From an uncultured delta proteobacterium (lineage in GTDB: Bacteria; Desulfobacterota; Syntrophobacteria; Syntrophobacterales; Syntrophobacteraceae), in the NCBI GenBank assembly GCA_963781715.1, contig CAWAGW010000022.1:50095-114094 (forward strand): DNA of 64,000 nucleotides. Direction: 5' to 3'. Positions within the stretch are counted from its first letter, which is position 1, and each line of letters starts with the position of its first letter. The notes under the pieces are model-generated. The model was not told where the DNA came from, ran no database searches, and saw only the letters and a list, made by a program, of their open reading frames with translations. The position numbers were made by a program, and so were the translations under genes. Below, one piece after another: positions 50,783 through 58,909 of this stretch.

Positions 50783-51532
50783 TCATCCCTGGGATCGCCG
50801 AGTTTTACTCAGCCCTGCCACCAGCCGGGCACTCCCCCACGGCCAAGCCTCCGCACTGGGAACCAGCCCGGCCCCTACCGGGTTGTTTTCGATATAGCTC
50901 TTTGCAGTCAGAAAATGTCGCTCATCCCGGATGAATCGATCCCAATAGTCGCGTTGCCAGATGGAAGGGGAAGACTGCCGAGTACAACTCGGCGATCCCA
51001 CGTTTCCCAGGTGTGAAAGACGCCGAATCTCACGTGACGTGTGTCGTTTCCATGACTGCACTACCTTGCCCATCGGCCACCCTGGAAGCTGTTCGATCAG
51101 TGCGTGGACATGGTTGGGCATCACCACCCAAGCCAGGAGCCGGTAACGACTGCCGTCACCGAAAAAAAGCGAATTCTCGACGATTCGGGCACAATCCTCT
51201 CGACGCAGGATGGACGATCCCAATCCACTGTCGAGCATCTCTTGAATGCGTTTGCGTTGCTCCACCGCCTGTTGCTTTTTCGGAAGGCATTCAAGCTGCA
51301 GCTGCATGCGGGTAACAGCCTCGCGAGGCAGGGAGTCCGCCAGGTGAAACGTAATGTGCTGGATGAGCCCGGGTGCATCGAAATGCGGCAGGTACCCCCT
51401 GGAATACCAGCCCTTCGCCTCCGGGGATTGCTGCCCCTGGGATCGCCGAGTTGTACTCGGCTCATCTTTTGAGTGTTTGCCGAGTAAAACTCGGCGATCC
51501 CAGGAAGATTTTTCGCGGAAATGCTCAGACAT
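50783..51532 (-). mobile_element. REP-associated tyrosine transposase (RAYT, Y1 HUH)
   Basis: WYSRGYLPHF, ITFHLADS, HUH motif MPNHVH, WQRDYWDRFIR, catalytic YIENNP; probable start ATG 51532 overlaps the hsdS stop. Confidence 0.92.
50788..51504. repeat. Four REP copies TGGGATCGCCGAGT(TTT/TGT)ACTCGGC at 50788-50813 (+), 50977-51000 (-), 51436-51461 (+) and 51479-51504 (-)
   Basis: Read directly from the sequence; GCCGAGT/ACTCGGC hairpin with a 5' TGGGATC tail; one mismatch in the first copy. Confidence 0.95.
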
Positions 51533-52805
51533 TGGTTCCAACCTGTTTCGGTTCTGTCACTTCTGCCGTGGACACTCGGACGCGTCCGGCCAGGAGGTCG
51601 TGCATGAGGCCGAGTTTCAGCTGGCGAAACTTGCCAAGTTCATTTGTCAGATGACATAAAGTCTCACCCACTGCTTCAAGTCGCTCTGCGATCATACACT
51701 GCTCGCGGAGGTCTGTTGGAACGGCTAATCTAACACGTTCTAGGTCCCGGGGGTAAAGCCTCAACCTGTCGTCAACTACCCCGTAAGACAGCTTTTTAAA
51801 ATTCGCTATCGACTCGGGTTTCGAGAGTAGACCCTCCGCAAATTTTGAATCGATGCTGGGGGCAGGAGTCATGACAACGTAGGCGGGGCTCACAAGGCAG
51901 TCGTAACTGGCTCTTCCAAGTACTCCTTGCCACATTCGCATCATGTTGTAGGCAATGTCACCGCGCCTCACTAGGAGGTGTTTCTCTGGTCCTAAGTTGC
52001 TGTCAACTCTTCTGTCCACAGAGTCCCTGGGTACAAGCCCATCAGTCATTGTTATTGCCATAATTGGCAATCCCAGACGACCTCGTTCAACTCTCCTTCC
52101 AAATAGAATGCCTATCTCATCCGTTCGCCATTCCTTCGGTATCCACCCAAGTGGCGACTCCTTGTACGACTCTGGAGCCTCGTCCCGTGGGGGCCGGAGC
52201 TTGCCATCCGGTGTGACGCCACGGGTAAAAAGGTCGTGCATCAGGCCAGCCTTGATCTGTTGGGTCTTGGCAATCAGTGCTTCGGTCTGCTCGATGGCTT
52301 CGTCGACTGTGGATAGGATTTCGGCAATGCGCCCTTGCTGAGGGATGGGAGGCAGCTCCAACGGGTACGTCAACAAATCCTTTCGAACTATCCCTTTGAT
52401 GCTCGTGCCTTGATTGAGTTTTTTGAGATCTTCAACCCCCTGTTGCATCCTATGGTAGAGAAACACAACATCAACTTGATCAGTATCCGGATAAACCCCT
52501 GTAATGTCTTGGCTGATAGCGATATCACAAGGAGCAATTGCCAATTTGCCGACGCCTGTCCGCGTCACTAGCAAAAGTTCGCCCTTACCAATTACGTTCG
52601 TTGCTGTTTGGCTGACTGCATCATGCGACACAAAGCGTCTGAATTCGTCAATACCGTGTGTAGTGAAATCCGCGCCAGTGACCCAAGGAATGTCACCCCT
52701 CCAGAACGCCTCGACTTCAGTAGGAGGTGTCCCCCCATTTACAAGACGTTTCACGATTGCTCCAAAAGTCGTGGAAGTCCATGAATTATTCTGAGGTTCA
52801 CTCAT
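51525..52805 (-). CDS. hsdS: Type I R-M specificity subunit
   Basis: Two TRDs (GGTPP..IPWV) and two conserved KxGLMHDL helices. Confidence 0.95.
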   Translation of the reverse strand: MSEPQNNSWTSTTFGAIVKRLVNGGTPPTEVEAFWRGDIPWVTGADFTTHGIDEFRRFVSHDAVSQTATNVIGKGELLLVTRTGVGKLAIAPCDIAISQDITGVYPDTDQVDVVFLYHRMQQGVEDLKKLNQGTSIKGIVRKDLLTYPLELPPIPQQGRIAEILSTVDEAIEQTEALIAKTQQIKAGLMHDLFTRGVTPDGKLRPPRDEAPESYKESPLGWIPKEWRTDEIGILFGRRVERGRLGLPIMAITMTDGLVPRDSVDRRVDSNLGPEKHLLVRRGDIAYNMMRMWQGVLGRASYDCLVSPAYVVMTPAPSIDSKFAEGLLSKPESIANFKKLSYGVVDDRLRLYPRDLERVRLAVPTDLREQCMIAERLEAVGETLCHLTNELGKFRQLKLGLMHDLLAGRVRVSTAEVTEPKQVGTNV

Positions 52806-55281
52806 ACCCCAGCTCCTCCAAAAACCCCTTCAGCTTCTTCGCAGCGGCATCGCGCCGCTTCTCGATCTCCTCGGCAGTGACCGCGTATTTGTCGTGCAGA
52901 TTTTGGAGCGCGGCAAGACATGCCCGCTGGTGCTCGCGCAGGTACGACTGGTAGGTCTCCACCAGTACCCGGTGAAGGCGGTCGATGATGACGCGTCTCG
53001 CCTCGTCCCGGTTGATCTTTTCCCGGGCGGCCGCCACCAGGTCGTCCTGCTTTTTTTCCACGGCCCGCAAATCGGCCTTGAGCTGTTTCGCCTCGTCCTC
53101 GAGGGCCTTGTGCCGGGCAAGTGTGGCTTCGACGGCCTCGGCATCCTTCTGATGCGCCTTCCAGTCGCCGAGCCCCGGATCGCGTTTGGCGAGCTTCATG
53201 TCTCCCTTGAGCTGTTTGAGCTTGGTTTTAAGCTCCTTCACCTGGTCGCTCGGCAGAGCTCCGGAGTCCTCTTCGTCCTCAAAGTCCTCTTCATTGGCCG
53301 CACTGAAGATGGCTCCCAGTTCGGCGAGGCGTATGCGTTTGGCTTCCATCTCGGCTAAGATCTCGGGAAACTGGCTTTCCAGGATGTCTCCATCCGGGAT
53401 GAGCTCCGGTCCCCAACCGCTGAAGGCAATGGACTTGAATTCCGGCTTGAAGAGATCGAAGTAGCGAGCCAACCCACCACGAACCTGGTGATCGGACAAC
53501 AGCTTCTGATCGGCCAGCGCCTCTTCGATGGATTGCATCAGCAGCCGACGCAGTTCGTACACATTGCCTTTCTTGCCGTTATCCGGAGCCAGTGCTTCCA
53601 CATGGGACAGATGCTTTTGCCACCACTCCTCCAGCAGATCGAGAAAGCGTTCGTGCGCGGCCGTGACACACTTATCGCTGTTGACGATATCGGCGAGCGC
53701 CCGGCGGTCGGTCACTTCGGATGCGAAATCGAGGTAGGAGGTCGTACCGGCCCGCGCTTTGAAACAACGCCCGCGCAGGCTGGCGTATTTGATCCAGAAG
53801 CGCTGCAGTCCGTCCACTTCACTCACCGGCACTCCGCCGTGAAGATGCGAGCGCACGTCGTGGGGCTCCGGGGGCGGCGCATTGTCGACATAGCGCCGAA
53901 TGTTGCAGTTGAAGTCCTCGCCCTTGATTTCCTCTATCGGCACGCTCCGGGCATAACCGGGAATCTCGGTCAGGGCGCCGCCGGTGAGCATGCGGTAGGC
54001 GTGGGCGATGCGCGATATGTCTTCGGCCCGCAGGAAGTTCTGTGCCTTGCCTTCCCGGTAGTCGCGGTCGGCGTTGATGAAGACGACGTGCCTGCGGGTC
54101 TGCGCATCTTTTTTGTTCATCACGAGCACGCAGGCGGGGATGCCGGTCCCGTAGAAAAGGCCCGCGGGGAGCCCGATGATCGCCTGAAGCCAGCCGCGCT
54201 CAATGAAATGGCGCCTAGCTTCACGTTCTTCGCCCCCGCGGAACAGCACGCCGTGAGGCATGACCGTGGCCATTCGTCCGTCGGCCTTGAGCACCGCAAG
54301 CATGTGCTGCACGAACATCAGGTCGGCCTTTTTGCCCTTCTCGGGCATCCAAACCGCGAAACGGCCGGGATACTCGATGTCTTTCTTGATGTAGTTCTGG
54401 CTGAAGGGAGGATTGGCGAGGACACGGTCGTAGCGTTTCAGCTCGCCGTTTTCCATCTTGTGCTGCGGCCTGCGAATAGTGTCCTCCTGCCGGATGTCCG
54501 CGTGTGGAATGCCGTGCAGAAGCATGTTCATCTTGCAGATGGACCATGTGGTCCCGATGCTCTCCTGGCCGAACAGCGAAAGGTCACGCGGATCGCCGCC
54601 GCACTCGCGGATGTAGTCGCGGGTCTGGATCAGCATGCCACCAGAGCCGCAGGTCGGATCATAGACACTCATGTGGGGCTGGGGGTCCACGATTTCCACC
54701 AGCGTACGAACGACTTCGGCCGGAGTGTAGAATTCGCCGGCTTTCTTACCGGCGGAGTCGGCAAAGTACTTGATCAGGTATTCGTAAGCCGCACCGAGCA
54801 GGTCGGGAAACTCGAAGTTTTCGTCGCGCAGCGGAATCTTTTCGAAATTCTGGATGAAGTTCGACAGGGTGTCGTCATCGAGGGTCCGTTGGCCGATCTT
54901 CCGGTTGAAGTTGATGCCTTTGAGCACATCCTGCAAGGCATCGACATTGGCGTCTTCAAGAGCCTCGAGCGCCTTGTTCAGGGACGAACCGACGTTGCTC
55001 TTGAGGTGCCGGATCTTTGACCAGTGCGCCTCTTCGGGCACGAAGAAAGTGTATTTGTCCTGGTGCTTAAGCTGTGAAACAATCAGCTCGTCCGCCATGC
55101 CCCTCGCCTTGAGGTCTTTCGCGAGTTGCTCGCGCTCCTGATCGAAGAGGTCGGAGAGCCGCTTCAGGAAAAGCATGCCGAAAATGTATTCTTTGTACTC
55201 CGAAGCATCCATATTGCCGCGCAGATCGTCACAGGCACGGAACAGCATGATCGAGAGCTGGCTCAAAGTGAGTTTGGTCAT
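52798..55281 (-). CDS. hsdM: Type I R-M N6-adenine methyltransferase, long form with C-terminal coiled coil
   Basis: [43 protein letters not shown]; start ATG 55281. Confidence 0.96.
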   Translation of the reverse strand: MTKLTLSQLSIMLFRACDDLRGNMDASEYKEYIFGMLFLKRLSDLFDQEREQLAKDLKARGMADELIVSQLKHQDKYTFFVPEEAHWSKIRHLKSNVGSSLNKALEALEDANVDALQDVLKGINFNRKIGQRTLDDDTLSNFIQNFEKIPLRDENFEFPDLLGAAYEYLIKYFADSAGKKAGEFYTPAEVVRTLVEIVDPQPHMSVYDPTCGSGGMLIQTRDYIRECGGDPRDLSLFGQESIGTTWSICKMNMLLHGIPHADIRQEDTIRRPQHKMENGELKRYDRVLANPPFSQNYIKKDIEYPGRFAVWMPEKGKKADLMFVQHMLAVLKADGRMATVMPHGVLFRGGEEREARRHFIERGWLQAIIGLPAGLFYGTGIPACVLVMNKKDAQTRRHVVFINADRDYREGKAQNFLRAEDISRIAHAYRMLTGGALTEIPGYARSVPIEEIKGEDFNCNIRRYVDNAPPPEPHDVRSHLHGGVPVSEVDGLQRFWIKYASLRGRCFKARAGTTSYLDFASEVTDRRALADIVNSDKCVTAAHERFLDLLEEWWQKHLSHVEALAPDNGKKGNVYELRRLLMQSIEEALADQKLLSDHQVRGGLARYFDLFKPEFKSIAFSGWGPELIPDGDILESQFPEILAEMEAKRIRLAELGAIFSAANEEDFEDEEDSGALPSDQVKELKTKLKQLKGDMKLAKRDPGLGDWKAHQKDAEAVEATLARHKALEDEAKQLKADLRAVEKKQDDLVAAAREKINRDEARRVIIDRLHRVLVETYQSYLREHQRACLAALQNLHDKYAVTAEEIEKRRDAAAKKLKGFLEELGYE

Positions 55282-55801
55282 ATTGGTACTTTCCTTTGAG
55301 AATAGCATGGAGCAAAGAGTTCAGAGCGAACATTGTTAAACTTTTCAATTAGCAGAAACAAAACTTCTTGCCAACGCACTTTTGAGAATCCACAGCAGTT
55401 CTCACTTTGACAATTTAGTCCCGGACCCTCGCACATAGTCGTCTATGCAATTGTTATTTGGACTATTCTTGTGCCAAATAACAACTTGGAGCATGGCAGG
55501 GGGCGAGATGGTCGGCAATTTAAACGCGAAAGAGCGGCGCACAGGATCATTGCGGTACCCAAACCGCACAAGACTCCAGCATGGATCGGAAAAGGTCCGC
55601 CGCCAAGCTTGCGGAAGTAGCAATACCGCGCAGCGTCCACACCGGATTCTCCCCAGCCAGCTGAAGCGCCACCAGCAGCAGTCCGCACAGCACAAAATGG
55701 TGGACAATCTTCATTATGAGTTTAGTGCGGGTGAGCTTAAAAAAGCATGTTATATTAGAGCGATTTTAGTAACTACTCGACCCCAAAGAAAGGAGTGAGC
55801 T

Positions 55802-56389
55802 ATGGCGGCGAAGAAGATTTTGATGTTAGTCGGGGATTTTGTTGAGGATTACGAGGCGATGGTGCCGTACCAGATGCTGAGGATGGTCGGCCATACCGTA
55901 CATGCGGTGTGCCCCGGGAAGAAGGCCGGCGATACTGTTCGGACGGCCATTCATGATTTCGAAGGGGATCAGACCTACAGCGAAAAACCGGGCCACAATT
56001 TCGCCATCAACGCTGATTTTGCTGAAGTTAAACCGGAAGACTATGATGCGTTGGTTATCCCCGGAGGTCGGGCTCCGGAATATATCCGCTTGAACGAGCG
56101 CGTTTTGGAGATCGTTCGCAGTTTTGCCAACAACGATAAACCCATCGCCGCCATCTGCCACGGGGCACAGGTCCTGGCTGCCGCGGGTGTGCTGGAAGGA
56201 AAGCTCTGCACGGCTTACCCGGCGGTTAAACCGGATGTGGTCAATGCAGGCGGTCGCTGGGGGGAAGTAAATGACACTTTCTCAAATGCACATGTGCACG
56301 GCAAACTGGTGACGGCGGCTGCCTGGCCGGGACATCCGGAATGGATCCGCAAATTCTTGGAGATTTTAGGGACGAAGATTGAGCCGTAG
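55802..56389 (+). CDS. DJ-1/PfpI family protein
   Basis: [27 protein letters not shown]. Confidence 0.95.
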   Translation: MAAKKILMLVGDFVEDYEAMVPYQMLRMVGHTVHAVCPGKKAGDTVRTAIHDFEGDQTYSEKPGHNFAINADFAEVKPEDYDALVIPGGRAPEYIRLNERVLEIVRSFANNDKPIAAICHGAQVLAAAGVLEGKLCTAYPAVKPDVVNAGGRWGEVNDTFSNAHVHGKLVTAAAWPGHPEWIRKFLEILGTKIEP

Positions 56390-56789
56390 CTTCTCTTTGC
56401 CTCTCTTGCTGGATTGAAACTTCTACGAAGGAGAAACATTCGTAACAGCTTGACGAAAGTTTCTGACCAGTCATGGGGAGATATAAAGTCCCCCTTTTTA
56501 AATAAAAGGGGATTTAGGGGGAATTATGACGGCAGCTAACTTTTAGAATCTCCCCTGCCCCCCTTTACTGTTTTAAAAGGGGGAAACTCTAAAGGAGGAC
56601 CTATTTTCGCCCAGCTGTACCTACATATCCGAATAAACAATACCTTAAGCTGGTGCCGCAGTCTCCTTATCCAGCATCGGTTAAAAATCGACTGGAGCTT
56701 TCGCTGCCACTGACAGTTGTGGCCATCGGGTCATGCCGGGTCGCTGCAATGACGTCGGGATAGATCGGCAACTTCCATGTTCCCCGGTT

Positions 56790-57218
56790 CTATTTCTTCA
56801 CATGGCAATTCTGGCACTGCACCGGAGCTGCTTCCGTATTGTTCTCTTTATTGTATTTTCGGTGACAGCCTATGCAACTCTTGTGGAAAGCATATTTGAG
56901 GTTCAGTTTTTTTGAAGGCAAGCGTATCTCGTTCTTGGTTGTAGGATCGTTGTGGCACTGTTCACATTTTTTCACCGGGTCGCTATCGCTCCAGACGTTC
57001 TTCCCATTTTCATACACATGATGACATTCGCTACATTCAATCCCATAATCATCCATGTGCGCATAATGATTGAACTGCACAATGGGTTGTCTGTGCTCTT
57101 TAATGATAGAGGAATTGAGTTCGATCACGTCCTCCTCCGGCTGCGCCATAACCGGCACCGCGAACATGAACACGAATACCAACGCCAATCCCCAAAACGG
57201 CAAACCCGCTGCTCTCAT
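56790..57218 (-). CDS. Tetraheme cytochrome c3 (class III)
   Basis: Signal peptide; FNHYAH, CSECHH, CEQCH, FHKSCIGCH, CQNCH; AGGAGG RBS. Confidence 0.93.
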   Translation of the reverse strand: MRAAGLPFWGLALVFVFMFAVPVMAQPEEDVIELNSSIIKEHRQPIVQFNHYAHMDDYGIECSECHHVYENGKNVWSDSDPVKKCEQCHNDPTTKNEIRLPSKKLNLKYAFHKSCIGCHRKYNKENNTEAAPVQCQNCHVKK

Positions 57219-57281
57219 TCGTTCCTCCTAAACCTGCTTATAAGTCATTTTACAGAAACTCCCAGTGCATGTGATGCTCGA

Positions 57282-57311
57282 ATTCTAGTGAATAATTTCT
57301 CATATTGTCAA
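57282..57311 (-). promoter_or_regulatory. sigma70 promoter of cytochrome c3 with an overlapping Rex-like box (57286-57303)
   Basis: Minus strand TTGACA-N18-TAGAAT; TAGTGAATAATTTCTCAT versus consensus TTGTGAAN4TTCACAA. Confidence 0.7.
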
Positions 57312-57821
57312 GCAGCAGCAGCGCCGATGTTGAAATTTTGATTAAAAATTGCAGCCGGTGATTAGCAGGCACAGCGATGAGGTCCATCTCGACCTGTCCC
57401 GCAAACGCGCACTCCTGCACGTGTTGATTTAGTGCAAGTTCATGTTTTTACAGCAGCCAAAAAGAATGGGTGGCTCTTGAAAATTCGAAAACATAGGTTA
57501 TGAATGTAGGCTTTGGGTCGCGGAACCGGAGAATCCAATCATCCTGGCGGTATAAGATTTCCATTTTTCGTGATCTTCGTGTCCCTCGTGGTCAAAAGAA
57601 TGGCCCATAGCGGCTTAACAGAAAATTGCATCGAAGTGAAAAGTGTCGTCATTTCGAGTTAAACGAGAAACCTTTTGCCACTGCCTCGATGCACAAAGAT
57701 TCCTCGGCCTTTGGCCTCGGAATGACAAGATGGGATTTTCAGCTAACTCGCGATGACCCAAAAAAATTAACGGGTTGCGAAAAAAATGCAAACCACAGAG
57801 AATGAAAAAAAGGAGAAATGA

Positions 57822-58379
57822 ATGAAAAACTCAAATGAATATACCCTCTACGGGGGCGGTCACCGGGGCGCAGAAGCCGAATTCGGCAAATCGGCTGAAA
57901 AATGGGGCGTTCGAGAAGTGAATTTCACCTACGAAGGGCGTGACGTTGCGCACGATCGGGGCATCGTTGTTTTGCAGCCGGAAGAAATGCAGCGGGGTGA
58001 TATCAGCATGGAAATCGTTTCCATACGCATGAACCGGACATATTCAAAGGTTGAGACGATCCGAAAGGTGATGCAGCTCATTTTCCACAGTGTCAATAGC
58101 GGGTATCAGGTGTTTGCCATCGGCTGGATCCAGCCCGACAACACGGTAAAGGGCGGAACCGGCTGGGCTGTTGAATTGGCAAAATTGTTCAACCGTCCAT
58201 TGAGTGTCTTCGATCAGGACCGCAATGCCTGGTTTTCATGGATAGACAATGCCTGGGAAGAAAGTCTGCCGATGATCGAACATAAAACCTTCGTGGGAAC
58301 CGGCACGCGCCACCTGACGGACGAAGGCAAAAAGGCCATCGAAGAACTTTATAAACGCTCTTTTGCTTCCCTGGGGTAG
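57822..58379 (+). CDS. Conserved hypothetical protein, possibly SLOG/Rossmannoid fold
   Basis: LYGGGHRGAE, VKGGTGWAVELAK, GTGTR; AAGGAG RBS. Confidence 0.7.
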   Translation: MKNSNEYTLYGGGHRGAEAEFGKSAEKWGVREVNFTYEGRDVAHDRGIVVLQPEEMQRGDISMEIVSIRMNRTYSKVETIRKVMQLIFHSVNSGYQVFAIGWIQPDNTVKGGTGWAVELAKLFNRPLSVFDQDRNAWFSWIDNAWEESLPMIEHKTFVGTGTRHLTDEGKKAIEELYKRSFASLG

Positions 58380-58909
58380 CAGATTTGGGCGCAAGTTGAT
58401 GCCTGCCCGAGTTTTGCGATTTCATCGATCGCCTCGTCATTCTGGCGACATAACTCCAAGGCGTCATTTTCAGCCTTTATCCAGGCCGGTTTTACCGGAT
58501 TCCGGTTGTCACCGGAATGACAACGGGGTGCTCCAAAATACTTTCATGTTTGGTCATGGCCTCCTGGTCATGACCGTTCACAGGAATGTCGATTGTGGCT
58601 TCACCTGAATGATATTCTCGGACAACCTCTCAGTGCCTGCCAAAAGACTCGCTATTGTTACAATGTTGTTGACTTGTGCGAAATAGCTGCTAAGCCGGTG
58701 TAAGAGTAGACTCTTTGAGTCCCGCTAATAGCGGCGGGATTCAGGGAGAGGATAAGAACTCGGAAATTTAACCGTCATCGCAGCCATATTCCTAGCGCAG
58801 GGCTTTAGCCGTGCTGGTTCACACAAGGCTGAAGCCTCGCGCTACTGGGCAAATGAGTGATATTTCCGGGCGACTTGCAGCGGGAGAATCTCAAACGCAG
58901 GTGATCCTG

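Noticed and set aside
50788-51504. Repeats considered as a CRISPR array
   Set aside because: Copies alternate in orientation, spacing is irregular and there are no cas genes; they fit REP/REPIN elements
55402-55798. Overlapping 81-117 aa ORFs between hsdM and the PfpI gene
   Set aside because: No convincing RBS or motif; no transposase or integrase signature found
46726-55800. att sites or direct repeats delimiting the R-M island
   Set aside because: No matching repeat, tRNA or integrase could be found by eye
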